Source: an uncultured Methanolobus sp.
Lineage (GTDB): Archaea; Halobacteriota; Methanosarcinia; Methanosarcinales; Methanosarcinaceae
Assembly: GCA_963675495.1 (NCBI GenBank)
Contig: OY776215.1
Span: 1,792,001 to 1,856,000 of the forward strand
Length of the DNA stretch: 64,000 nt
Direction of reading: 5' to 3'
In this document: piece after piece, positions 20,960 to 31,005 of the stretch
How positions within the stretch are numbered: the stretch's first letter is position 1
Layout: each line of letters starts with the position of its first letter
The notes under the pieces: model-generated
Seen by the model: the letters and a program-made list of their open reading frames with translations, nothing else
The model's database searches: none
Told to the model about the DNA's origin: nothing
Made by a program: the position numbers and the translations under genes

Positions 20960-21253
20960 TTGGTTGGTATGCACAAAGATGAATTGATACAATTGCACAC
21001 ATTGATGGCTCAAATAAAAAGACACTTTGAACACATGGGAATAAATGAATCGTTTGACGGATATGATTCGTTATCTATAAGTCCCCTGCATGTTCACAGG
21101 AGCAAGGCTGAACACAAACATGCTATCTTTGTCCTTGGGAACGATATAGCAGCTTCACTATCACAGGATGATATATCTGGTATAGGGAGAACTTCAGAGC
21201 GAATGCATGAACTTGCTATACGTGCAAGTGGGCACGTAGCCAATACGAATTAA
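20960..21253 (+). CDS. UPF0058 family metal-binding protein
   Basis: MHKDELIQLH...ISPLHVHRSKAEHKHAIFVLG. Likely start 20969. Confidence 0.85.
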   Translation: MVGMHKDELIQLHTLMAQIKRHFEHMGINESFDGYDSLSISPLHVHRSKAEHKHAIFVLGNDIAASLSQDDISGIGRTSERMHELAIRASGHVANTN

Positions 21254-21768
21254 ATATAGTCTTGAAGCCTGAAAGCATGTTTCTTTCCTGATAACGCAGG
21301 TTCATTTGTGTTATTCAGGAAAGTAGCATTAAATGGAGTAAGACGTTTTTTCATTATTATTCCGTCCTCTCCATCAGAGTAGTACCCATGCTCTATCCAG
21401 CAGGGAATGAACTCCATACGTTTGTAAAATTTCTGGGCCCTGATATTTGTGATCCTTACTTCCAGACTTGCATAATGCAGGAACTTCCTCATAAAAACAG
21501 GAAGAATGGCGTTCATGAGCTTAGCTCCAATGCCCATGCTTCTGAATCCATCTCTCACAGCGAGTGAAAATATTCTTCCCTCGCTGGCTGACAGTTTATA
21601 TCCTACTATAAAGCCCACTATATAGCCATTATATTCGGCAACAAGGAATCCTTCACTGTTCATCTCATAGAAGTTCATGTAAAGGAATGGATTATGTTCC
21701 GAGAAAGCCTCTGATTCTATTTCGAGAACCTCTTCAAAATCAGAAGGTTCAAAGTTTCTTACTATCAT
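21250..21768 (-). CDS. rimI: RimI/Ard1-type N-acetyltransferase
   Basis: SLAV...RSMGIGAKL, LEVRITN, YYSDGEDG. Confidence 0.85.
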   Translation of the reverse strand: MIVRNFEPSDFEEVLEIESEAFSEHNPFLYMNFYEMNSEGFLVAEYNGYIVGFIVGYKLSASEGRIFSLAVRDGFRSMGIGAKLMNAILPVFMRKFLHYASLEVRITNIRAQKFYKRMEFIPCWIEHGYYSDGEDGIIMKKRLTPFNATFLNNTNEPALSGKKHAFRLQDYI

Positions 21769-21794
21769 TTTCCTTAAAGCACAATGTATGTGCC

Positions 21795-23636
21795 TTATTT
21801 AATTTTTTCAACATGACGCAGGTCTACCGCAACCCCGCGGCTGGCTTTCTTCATCTCATCTCCGCTCATGGCTGCTCTTCCAACCGCGATTGCGTCCTTG
21901 CCGCAGACAAGTACTTCATCGGTAGGCCTTATCAATGGATCAGCATCCATTACTCCGGGTGCAAGAAGTGAGCCACGTGGGACGAAGTCATCTATCTTCA
22001 CGATATATTTGCCCTGTTCCATCATAGCTTTCACGCCTTCAATGGTAATTGCGAGGGTGCCGTATTGGGGGATCAATGTGGTTAGCTGCTTCTTTCCCAT
22101 GAATACCTGGTGTTTAGGGAAGGGGCCTTTGATAATTGAACCCTCGGGCACGAGTATTTGTCCAAATCCTTTTCCAAACTGGTAATCTGCAACAGCTTTC
22201 ATAAGGTCTTTTTGTGTCTGCTCATGGCCTCTTTTTCTTCCGGTGCAAAGTCCTGACATCGTTTCACTGAGGTTTTTCAGTGATTCAGGTGATGTCACAT
22301 TACCACTACTGGTGTAGATGATATCTATACCAAGTTTTTCCGCCACCATTTCGCATATATGGCGGTATGCATCCTCAACATGTGCAACGATCGATGTATA
22401 TTGATGCTGTGACAGGTATTCTTCGAGACATGATGCTACCCACTGTTTTTCTTCAGCATCCCAGTACCCGGTCACTGTCGTGTCATAGTGTGATGCAGGG
22501 TATGTCAGTTCAAGTTCCCTTGGTACGATTCCAAGCGGTGATGTGATAATGACCTCATGAACGTATTTGCGGCTCTTTCCAAGTGCATTGATGAATCTCC
22601 AGTGAGAATTGGATGTGGAATATGGTTTCTTGGCAGAGCATGGCAGGAGCAGAAGTACATCTTTTTCCGGTGGTGTGTATCTTTCCTGTATCCTTCTGGC
22701 AAATCGGACAATTTCTACTCTGTTCTGCGATTCACCACAAGTTGCGATAAGCGAGTTTTTCCTGGCAATGGTGCTCTGACTTTCCATATAGTTATACTCT
22801 GCATCCGTGAGTCGCATAAGGGCGGTAAGCCAAGGTCTCACTCTGCATTGTCCTTCTATATACTCACGTAGCATTCCTGAGCGTATCTTCTCCCTGACAA
22901 GGGCCGCTTCAGCTTCCATAGCATTGATGTTGTGCTTTTCTATAATTGAAGCACGGCTCTTCTTATCCATTTTGACGAGGTTGGCTAAATCAGTTGATGA
23001 ACATGCACTGCATCTGCAGGGTAGTTCTGCCAGTGAATCGAGATAGAATTGCCCTGCGTTAGTGAAATATATGTCATTGTGTGCAGCAACTATGGCTTTT
23101 GTATTGTCAAAGATATCAATACCAAGATAGGCTAGCATTGCAAGGTTTTCAGGGGTGCATATATTGGGTGTGTAGACAGCTGTATCAGGTGCTATCTCAC
23201 TTTTCATCTCAACAAGCGTGTTGATCATACGTCTTGCATTGTTCTCAAAACACCCTGCTCCCTCCATTACATAGAGGTCACTTTTCTTTACCTTTTGTCC
23301 GGGTATGTAAATGCTTCCTGTGGCACCGCTAGCTTCAATTTCTGATTTTTCTGCAAGTTTTAATGCAAGGTCATGCGGTGCATCAGGTGTGAGATCCTGG
23401 TGAGGAAGTATTATCAGGACATCTTCTCCATAATCCTGTCTTATTTTCTGGTAATATTCTTTACTTTCTTCCAGATCGCTGTATTTCCAGAGAGAGCCAC
23501 CATCTATTATCAGACTTTCAGGGGAACCAAGGCTTATTGTATCTATTATGAAAGGTGTTCGGATGGTTTCCTTCAGGAGAAGTTTTCCTATCCTTGCAGC
23601 ACCATCTCGCTGCTGTACCTCAAAGTATCGTGTCAT
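21795..23636 (-). CDS. arcS: Archaeosine synthase subunit alpha (TgtA2) with PUA domain
   Basis: RDGAARIG, LLPCSAKKPYSTSNSH, TSPLGIVPRELE, C-terminal PUA (APGVMDADPLIRPTDEV). Confidence 0.9.
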   Translation of the reverse strand: MTRYFEVQQRDGAARIGKLLLKETIRTPFIIDTISLGSPESLIIDGGSLWKYSDLEESKEYYQKIRQDYGEDVLIILPHQDLTPDAPHDLALKLAEKSEIEASGATGSIYIPGQKVKKSDLYVMEGAGCFENNARRMINTLVEMKSEIAPDTAVYTPNICTPENLAMLAYLGIDIFDNTKAIVAAHNDIYFTNAGQFYLDSLAELPCRCSACSSTDLANLVKMDKKSRASIIEKHNINAMEAEAALVREKIRSGMLREYIEGQCRVRPWLTALMRLTDAEYNYMESQSTIARKNSLIATCGESQNRVEIVRFARRIQERYTPPEKDVLLLLPCSAKKPYSTSNSHWRFINALGKSRKYVHEVIITSPLGIVPRELELTYPASHYDTTVTGYWDAEEKQWVASCLEEYLSQHQYTSIVAHVEDAYRHICEMVAEKLGIDIIYTSSGNVTSPESLKNLSETMSGLCTGRKRGHEQTQKDLMKAVADYQFGKGFGQILVPEGSIIKGPFPKHQVFMGKKQLTTLIPQYGTLAITIEGVKAMMEQGKYIVKIDDFVPRGSLLAPGVMDADPLIRPTDEVLVCGKDAIAVGRAAMSGDEMKKASRGVAVDLRHVEKIK

Positions 23637-23722
23637 TGCTGTCTAATAGGTGTAGTCAGATGTAAATGTTTGCCTTTACCAAAAAGTATAAATCTTACTA
23701 TCTCAGTTAAAAAATCGATTCA

Positions 23723-25105
23723 ATGCAAAAATCCGATTTACTTAAAAATCTGCAGGAAATAGTTGGGAACGAAAGAGTTTCCGCGTCGTCTGCAGAGCTT
23801 TACTGTTATTCATGCGATGCCTCTCAGGTAAGGGGTATGCCTGATTTTGTTGTCAGGCCAGTAAGTACTGAACAGGTTTCAAAGATAGTCAGGCTTGCAA
23901 ACAAAGAAGAAATTCCTGTAACCTCACGAGGTGCAGGTACGGGGATGGCCGGTGGAGCTGTGCCACTCGAGGGTGGCATTGTGCTTGATATGTCATCTAT
24001 GGACAGAATTCTGGAAATGGACCTCGGTAACCTTCAGGTTACAATTGAACCTGGTATTATTCAGGAGAAGTTGAATGAAGCGCTTGAACCATATGGTTTC
24101 TTTTTTCCTCCTGATCCGGGAAGTTCTGCAATGTGCACACTTGGTGGCCTAATAGCCAATAATGGAAGTGGAATGCGTTCGGTTAAATACGGTACCACCA
24201 AAACCTATGTGCTTGGGCTTGAGGTCGTAATGGCAGACGGTACAGTCATCAATACCGGTTCCAAAGTGACAAAATCAGTTGCTGGTTATTCATTGAACGA
24301 TCTTTTCATAGGGTCTGAAGGAACTCTTGGGGTCATAACAAAAGCGACGTTGAAAGTCAGGGCGCTGCCAAAAGAACGTTCTGTTCTGCTTGCATCCTTC
24401 GATGACCCGGAACATGCAGGTCAGGCAGTTGTCAAGGTTCTATCTTCCGGCTTAATTCCTTCCGCATGCGAGATACTGGACAGGAACATAATCGAGGCTA
24501 TAAACACCTATGACCCTCATATAGGACTTCCAAAGGCAGGTGCCATTCTTATGTTCGAAGTAGATGGTACTGATAATAGTGTTCGTGAAGGTATTGAGAT
24601 GATAAGGGACATATGCAGTTCCCTTGCAACCAGTATAAGGGCAGCTTCGGATAAGAAGGAAAGAGATGAGATATGGGCTGCTAGAAGACTTGTCGGTGCT
24701 GCAGTTTCCAGGCTTGATCCGCTTCGCACTCGTGTTTATCTTGGCGAGGACATTGGAGTCCCTATTAAAGAGTTGCCTGGAATGTTGCATAAGATACGCG
24801 AGATATCCGAAGAGTTCGATCTGCCGATAATGACCTATGGGCACATCGGTGACGGCAACCTCCACACTGGTATGTGTATTGATATGCTTGACGAAAAGCA
24901 ATGGGATAAACTAAGCAAGGTCGCAGACAAGATACACCGCACAGCCATTGGTATTGGTGGAACTGTCACTGCTGAGCATGGAGTTGGCAGTGCAAGGGCA
25001 GAGTACCTTGAACTTGAGCTTGGTAATGCCCTTGATGTAATGATATTGATAAAGAAAGCTCTTGATCCCAAAGGAATACTTAATCCAGGGAAGATGGGGG
25101 TCTGA
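23723..25105 (+). CDS. FAD-linked oxidoreductase, GlcD/D-lactate dehydrogenase-like
   Basis: RGAGTGMAGG, PPDPGS, GSEGTLG, GHIGDGNLH, EHGVG, LDPKGILNPGK. Confidence 0.9.
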   Translation: MQKSDLLKNLQEIVGNERVSASSAELYCYSCDASQVRGMPDFVVRPVSTEQVSKIVRLANKEEIPVTSRGAGTGMAGGAVPLEGGIVLDMSSMDRILEMDLGNLQVTIEPGIIQEKLNEALEPYGFFFPPDPGSSAMCTLGGLIANNGSGMRSVKYGTTKTYVLGLEVVMADGTVINTGSKVTKSVAGYSLNDLFIGSEGTLGVITKATLKVRALPKERSVLLASFDDPEHAGQAVVKVLSSGLIPSACEILDRNIIEAINTYDPHIGLPKAGAILMFEVDGTDNSVREGIEMIRDICSSLATSIRAASDKKERDEIWAARRLVGAAVSRLDPLRTRVYLGEDIGVPIKELPGMLHKIREISEEFDLPIMTYGHIGDGNLHTGMCIDMLDEKQWDKLSKVADKIHRTAIGIGGTVTAEHGVGSARAEYLELELGNALDVMILIKKALDPKGILNPGKMGV

Positions 25106-25107
25106 AA

Positions 25108-26166
25108 ATGAGCGAATCTGATATGCGTTCAATACTAAAATGTATCCGTTGCGGTACATGTCGTTCAATATGTCCTGTTTTTGATGTTATTGGCTGGGAA
25201 TCAGCCAGTTCCCGCGGACGCATGCTTGTAGCCCATGGTATTTCTCAGGGAATGGAAGTTGACGAGAGTGTTTTAGATAGTCTTAATACCTGTACTACAT
25301 GCGGACTCTGTGAGCAGATGTGTCCTTCCGGAGCGTCTCCTGTCAAGGTTGTAGAAAACTTCAGGCACCAGCTTGTGCTTCAGGGTAAGATGACCGATGC
25401 ACAGAAGAAACTGCGCTTTGAGGCTCTGGATAAGGGCAATCCTCTTGGTGAAGCAAAAGATAGGATGGCATGGCTTGGAGACTCTAAAAATGATGTGACA
25501 GAAAAGGCAGATTATGTCTTCTTTGCAGGCTGTTTGGCTTCATACAGGTATCCTGAACTCACAAAGAGGACCTTTGATATTCTGAAAAAGTACGGTGTTA
25601 CTGTATTGCAGGAAGAAGTATGTTGTGGCTCTCCGCTTCTGAGGACAGGTTCTGATCCATCTGAACTGGTATCAAAGAACCTGGAGCAGATCAAAAAGAT
25701 AGGTGCCCATACAATAATCACTGGTTGTGCAGGATGTTTCACAACACTGAAAAATGATTATCCGGGTGATGTGAAAGTTGTTCATGTTGTCGAGTTCCTT
25801 GCAGACCGTCTTGCAGAGCTGGATCTGAAGAAATTGGATCTGAAAGTTACCTATCATGACCCCTGCCACCTTGGAAGATGTAATGGGGTGTTTGATGCTC
25901 CAAGGCAGATAATAGAATCCATTTGTGACCTTGAAGAAATGAAGAGCAACAGGGAAAAGTCCAAATGTTGTGGTGCAGGTGGCGGAGTACTCAAAGGTTA
26001 TCCTGAACTTTCACTTGAGATCTCAAAGAACAGGGTCGAGGAAATTCCAGAAGACGTGGACTATCTGGTGACTGCATGTCCCCTTTGCCGTACAAATCTC
26101 AAACGTGGCGGTCCAAGGGTCGATGTGCTGGACATAATCGACTTGCTGGAAATGGCTATGGAATAG
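25108..26166 (+). CDS. Fe-S oxidoreductase, GlcF/HdrD-like (CCG domains)
   Basis: Two CxxCxxCxxxCP motifs, two CCG motifs, YHDPCHLGR. Confidence 0.9.
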   Translation: MSESDMRSILKCIRCGTCRSICPVFDVIGWESASSRGRMLVAHGISQGMEVDESVLDSLNTCTTCGLCEQMCPSGASPVKVVENFRHQLVLQGKMTDAQKKLRFEALDKGNPLGEAKDRMAWLGDSKNDVTEKADYVFFAGCLASYRYPELTKRTFDILKKYGVTVLQEEVCCGSPLLRTGSDPSELVSKNLEQIKKIGAHTIITGCAGCFTTLKNDYPGDVKVVHVVEFLADRLAELDLKKLDLKVTYHDPCHLGRCNGVFDAPRQIIESICDLEEMKSNREKSKCCGAGGGVLKGYPELSLEISKNRVEEIPEDVDYLVTACPLCRTNLKRGGPRVDVLDIIDLLEMAME

Positions 26167-26178
26167 CCATTTTAGTTT

Positions 26179-26535
26179 TTATTTTTTGAATTTTTTAAAA
26201 CGGAGGGCATATTTTGATACCTTTTGCAGTTTTCTGTTCAAAGCCAAAGCAACTACTACACCGATCCCTCCAAATCCTGGTATTGGAAAGTTAGGAACAG
26301 CATCTGAGTTTCTCCAGTATCATCCTGCGTGCTTTTTAGATCAGGCTCTTCATATCCGTTCATTTTCCTCAGTTCAGCGTAGTTAATGTTAAGCCTCTTG
26401 CTTACAAGATCCGTTGGATATCTTCCACCATCAATATCTGCTCACATGGCTTCGCAGACAATTGAAGAGCCATACTCCTGGCAGTATATTTTGTAGATTG
26501 ATGAACTGTTCAATTTATCAGAGAGTATACTTCAT
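26179..26535 (-). pseudogene. 3' remnant of a PGF-CTERM surface protein gene
   Basis: One frame ends NSDAVPNFPIPGFGGIGVVVALALNRKLQKVSK...* (PGF at 26272-26280). The upstream acidic linker YEEPDLKSTQDDTGE is in another frame and there is no intact 5' part. Confidence 0.5.
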
Positions 26536-26790
26536 GTTCTTCTGTAGAAAGCAAGAAATTATTGTTTTTTGATTGTTGTTCAGTCCAATCGTGAATGTTG
26601 AGCCATGGTAAATGATTTTGTTCTTGCTCCATCTCAGTGTCCTGGGTGTTATTTGATGCGTATGGTATCGTTATTTTGAAAGCATTAAAAAAATAAACAG
26701 GATACTAATATAAGGAATCAATTGAATATTATGTTGTTACCGATGTACATCTTGTTTTGTCAGTATTTCGACAATTGAAGATTCTAAGGG

Positions 26791-29700
26791 GTGAGCATTA
26801 TAGTCACGAATGAGAATAGTGCAAGCAAAGAGCAAACACAATCGTCAAAAAAGAAAAATATCCCTGCTAAGGCAGATGAGTCTTCAAATGTCTTCTATCA
26901 TGGCAAATTTCCTGTTGTAGGTATTGGTGCGTCAGCTGGCGGGCTAATTGCATTGGAGGATTTCTTTTCAGCGATGCCTGCAGATACCATCCAGGGGATT
27001 GCCTTTGTTGTAGTACAGCACATGTCACCCAACCACAAAAGCATGCTTTCCGAAATTATCAGGCGTTTTACAAAGATGCAGATATATGATGTCAAGGACG
27101 GAATGGGTGTCATGCCTGACTGCATATATATTATCCCCCCCAATCAGGATATGATCATTATGGACGGCATATTGCACTTATTGGAGCCGTCTGAGGCGCA
27201 TGGACATCGTATGCCAATCGATTCCTTCTTCCATTCTCTGGCATCAGATCAACAGGAGTGGGGCATTGGTATAGTGCTCTCGGGTACCGGTAGTGATGGT
27301 ACAGCCGGAGTGAGATACATCAAGGCAGAAGGTGGTATGGTAATGGCACAGAGTCCGCAGTCCAGCGAGTATAATGGCATGCCTCTCAGTGCTATTGACA
27401 CAGGTCTGGTGGACTATGTACTGGAGTCGGCAGAGATGCCAGCTCAACTCCGCGATTATGTATCCCAGATCGATGTGTCCAACTCATCTGAAGAAAAGCC
27501 ACGCACAACTCATAAAATTGAAGAAACAATGCAAATTATCTTCAATGAACTGCTCGTCCAGACAGGTCATGACTTCTCGCAATATAAACAGAAGACATTG
27601 GACCGTCGTATAAAGCGTCGCATGGTCGTCAACAACATCAGGCGTGTGGAAGGGTACGCACACTACCTACAGCAAAAACCGGAGGAAGTGCAGGCACTTT
27701 TTCGTGATATTCTGATAAATGTCACAAATTTCTTCCGCAATCCCGGGGTCTTTGAGGTATTTCAGGAGCAAGTAGTTCCGAAACTCTTTGAGGGCAAATC
27801 CCCCGGCACACCGGTGCGTATCTGGGTTGTAGGTTGCTCCACTGGTGAAGAGGCATATTCTATCGCTATCCTGATCCATGAACATATGGAAAAGTTAAAG
27901 CAGATTTTTGAAATACAGATATTCGCCACCGACATTGACAGTAGAACGATTGAGCATGCTCGTAAAGGCGTTTATCCTGGCAACATTTCTTCCGATATCT
28001 CCCCTGAAAGACTAGAGCATTTTTTTACTCATAATTCCGAGGCGAATACTTACTCCATCCAGAAAAATATCCGTGACATGATTATTTTTTCCGAACAGGA
28101 TGTAATCCAGGATCCGCCGTTCTCCAAACTTGACCTCATCAGTTGTCGTAACCTGTTAATCTATATGAATAAGGAAATGCAGAAAAGTCTTATTCCTATG
28201 TTCCATTATGCACTGAATCCTGCCGGATTTCTTTTGCTTGGTTCTTCCGAAAGCATTGGGGAATTCTCAATGTTCTTTGATACCTTGGATAGAAAATCTA
28301 AATTGTATCAAAGCAAGGCTGAAATTGGTGAATATGGCCATTCGCTAGGTAAATTTTTTCCGTTCCCTGTAGGAATCGAAACACCTCTTCGTTCTTCCGA
28401 TAAATATGCCGGTGAAAAAAAATTCAAGATGCGTGAACTGGCTGAAAAGAAATTGCTGCAACAATATGCTCCGGCAGGTGTGCTTATCAACGAACGCGGT
28501 GATATCCTCTATCTTCATGGGCGTACAGGTCTGTATATTGAAATGCCCCCTGGTGAACCTGCTTACAACATTCTGAAGATGGCTCGTGAAGGGCTGCGTT
28601 CGCCACTGAGCGCTGCCTTGAGTAAAGCAATAGTAAGCAAAGAGCAGGTAACACGTTCCGGAGTCAGAGTCAAGACCAATGGCAACTTTACGACAATCAA
28701 TCTGACGATTCGACCTGTGGAAGAGTCTACTGATCAAAATTTGCTCATGGTTACTTTTGATGTCCCGCCAGAATCCGAACAGAAAGCAGGTCAGGTGACT
28801 GGAGATTATATTGTTGGGGATACATCAGATGATGAAGAAAGCGTTTCATCTCTCAAAGAAGAACTGAGGACCATGGAAGAATATCTCAGGGCTTCTAATG
28901 AAGAACTGGAAGTTTCCAATGAAGAGCTGAGATCCTCTAATGAAGAAATGCAGTCAATGAACGAGGAACTGCAATCCACCAACGAAGAACTGGAAACTTC
29001 CAGAGAAGAATTACAATCTGTCAACGAGGAACTATCCACTGTAAATAATGAACTTCAGGCCAAGGTTGCAGAACTTTCCGAGACCAATGACGATATGAAC
29101 AACTTGCTGGCTTCTACGGGTGTGGGAATTGTATTTGTGGACAATCAGTTACGTATCCAGCGCTTTACCCCTGCCGTCACAAAAGTTATGAACCTGATTC
29201 CTTCGGATGTGGGAAGGCCTATAGAGCATACCGTTTCCAATTTTTCAGGGTATAATCGCCTGATAGCGGATATACAGTCTGTACTTGACAACCTGGTTCC
29301 TCTGGAGACAGAAGTCCATACAAACAGTGGCGAGTGGTACACTATAAGGATGCGTCCCTACCGAACAATGAAAAACACTATTGAAGGTGTAGTTGTTACA
29401 TTCCAGAAGCAGACAGATCTTTTACGTCGCCTGGCTGCGGTGGTACGTGACTCACTTGATGCTATAGCCTTGCAGGATAAGGATGGTCATATCCTCGCGT
29501 GGAATCCTATGGCTGAGAAAATGTATGGTTGGAGCGAAGCCGATGCGTTGAATATGAATGCCAGCAGTATGGTCCCAGAAGATAGAATAGAAGAATCCAT
29601 GGACATTATGAAAGAACTTGTTAAGGGTGAGGTCCCTGAACCTTACCAGACACAGAGAATCACCAAAGAAGGGCGCATCCTGAATGTATGGGTGATAGCA

Positions 29701-29808
29701 ACTCCCCTGGTTAACGAAGATGGTGAAGTGTATTCGATCGCGACTACTGAGCGGGAGATTAAATCAGGAAACACTCATAAAGAGAACAATAGAACTAAAT
29801 TTCAATAA
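26791..29808 (+). CDS. CheB methylesterase-CheR methyltransferase-PAS fusion protein
   Basis: VVGIGASAGG, VQHM, LSGTGSDG (CheB); INVTNFFR, GCSTGEE, ATDID, CRNLLIY (CheR); NEELQS heptads; C-terminal PAS (WNPMAEKMYGWS). Confidence 0.9.
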   Translation: MSIIVTNENSASKEQTQSSKKKNIPAKADESSNVFYHGKFPVVGIGASAGGLIALEDFFSAMPADTIQGIAFVVVQHMSPNHKSMLSEIIRRFTKMQIYDVKDGMGVMPDCIYIIPPNQDMIIMDGILHLLEPSEAHGHRMPIDSFFHSLASDQQEWGIGIVLSGTGSDGTAGVRYIKAEGGMVMAQSPQSSEYNGMPLSAIDTGLVDYVLESAEMPAQLRDYVSQIDVSNSSEEKPRTTHKIEETMQIIFNELLVQTGHDFSQYKQKTLDRRIKRRMVVNNIRRVEGYAHYLQQKPEEVQALFRDILINVTNFFRNPGVFEVFQEQVVPKLFEGKSPGTPVRIWVVGCSTGEEAYSIAILIHEHMEKLKQIFEIQIFATDIDSRTIEHARKGVYPGNISSDISPERLEHFFTHNSEANTYSIQKNIRDMIIFSEQDVIQDPPFSKLDLISCRNLLIYMNKEMQKSLIPMFHYALNPAGFLLLGSSESIGEFSMFFDTLDRKSKLYQSKAEIGEYGHSLGKFFPFPVGIETPLRSSDKYAGEKKFKMRELAEKKLLQQYAPAGVLINERGDILYLHGRTGLYIEMPPGEPAYNILKMAREGLRSPLSAALSKAIVSKEQVTRSGVRVKTNGNFTTINLTIRPVEESTDQNLLMVTFDVPPESEQKAGQVTGDYIVGDTSDDEESVSSLKEELRTMEEYLRASNEELEVSNEELRSSNEEMQSMNEELQSTNEELETSREELQSVNEELSTVNNELQAKVAELSETNDDMNNLLASTGVGIVFVDNQLRIQRFTPAVTKVMNLIPSDVGRPIEHTVSNFSGYNRLIADIQSVLDNLVPLETEVHTNSGEWYTIRMRPYRTMKNTIEGVVVTFQKQTDLLRRLAAVVRDSLDAIALQDKDGHILAWNPMAEKMYGWSEADALNMNASSMVPEDRIEESMDIMKELVKGEVPEPYQTQRITKEGRILNVWVIATPLVNEDGEVYSIATTEREIKSGNTHKENNRTKFQ

Positions 29809-30580
29809 TAGGCACTGACTGCCGCCTATAATAATCGAATAATTCTTTGCCCCACTCAAGAGCAGCAGGACCTGAAAAGGATATACTTTTGTTATCAGAC
29901 ACATTTTCCAGTGTAAATAATCTGAATTTAATGGATTGGCCGGCTACAGTAAAAGAAGTGAACCCAGGACTTTCAGGATACAGGTATAGGGAGATAAGGT
30001 CCAGGTTTATTAGTTCTTTAAAGTCATCATAGTATTCCTGTTTAGCCTTTTTATAAACTTCTTGAGTCATAATGACTGATACCTCTGTAACATGATCTGT
30101 CATCTGCACATAGAAATCGTTAAATCCAGGATGGAGGGCTGATGTGATCTCTAACCACACATGTGATTCCAGGGCTTTTCCAAAAAAATCCTTATCTGTG
30201 TCATAGAAATCCTCCATAGGCATATCAATAATTTCACATTTCCCGATGTTTGATAGTTTATTTAAAAGTAATGGAGGAATGAAATTTATAAAATGTGTCC
30301 CAAAATATTCATAATTTCCACCAAACATATCGGCAGTAGCCAGAAAAGATACCATTTGCTCAACGATCAACTTTCCGATTTGTGTCAATTCATAAGTATC
30401 CTGGGACTTAGATATAAGATGATTTTCTCTAAGTATCTTTATCTGGGGAAGCAACGCTGGTCTGCTAGTATCCAGTAACTCAAGGAGCGCTTTCATTTCC
30501 ATTTGACCTTCCTGCAATAGCAAAAGTACGTTTTTCCTCTTGTCGGATGCAAGTAGTACATCAGTAATTTTTTTCCCCAT
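29795..30580 (-). CDS. Winged helix-turn-helix transcriptional regulator (Methanosarcinales ArsR-like family)
   Basis: SDKRKNVLLLL...LPQIKIL...YELTQIGKLI and C-terminal ALEWGKELFDYY. Start taken at MGKK. Confidence 0.85.
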   Translation of the reverse strand: MGKKITDVLLASDKRKNVLLLLQEGQMEMKALLELLDTSRPALLPQIKILRENHLISKSQDTYELTQIGKLIVEQMVSFLATADMFGGNYEYFGTHFINFIPPLLLNKLSNIGKCEIIDMPMEDFYDTDKDFFGKALESHVWLEITSALHPGFNDFYVQMTDHVTEVSVIMTQEVYKKAKQEYYDDFKELINLDLISLYLYPESPGFTSFTVAGQSIKFRLFTLENVSDNKSISFSGPAALEWGKELFDYYRRQSVPIIEI

Positions 30581-31005
30581 TAAGTTAATCCCCACGATAA
30601 GAAAGGCGAGATTAGATGACATTCCCAATAAATATTGTTAGGGTATGCTGTATAAGTATATAGTATATTATAGGTCAATTTTCAGTTAGCTTTTTAGAGC
30701 AGAATCTTTTTGCCTGAAACGATGATGGAAGTTTTTCTGTTTTTGATTAAACATCTTTCATCCATTTTGTAACAGGCCTGCCAAACATTCTCATTTATGC
30801 TGAGAACAGAATTTACCAATTCAGTAGGTACATAAAAAACAAAAAGCAAGCTGACAAAACTCGCTTTGAATATTATTTGTACCTTCTACTGATGTACGGT
30901 ACTAAATGTACACAATAATTATGCGAACGAATTAAAAAATAAAGATTTTGCCTCACTCTATCCTCTTAATGTTTGAGGATTGCATGAGACAGTTCCAAGT
31001 GTTCT

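Noticed and set aside
28860-29100. Repeated AAT/AAC-GAA-GAA-CTG pattern resembling a tandem array
   Set aside because: It is the NEEL heptad coiled coil typical of CheBR fusions, not a CRISPR or satellite.
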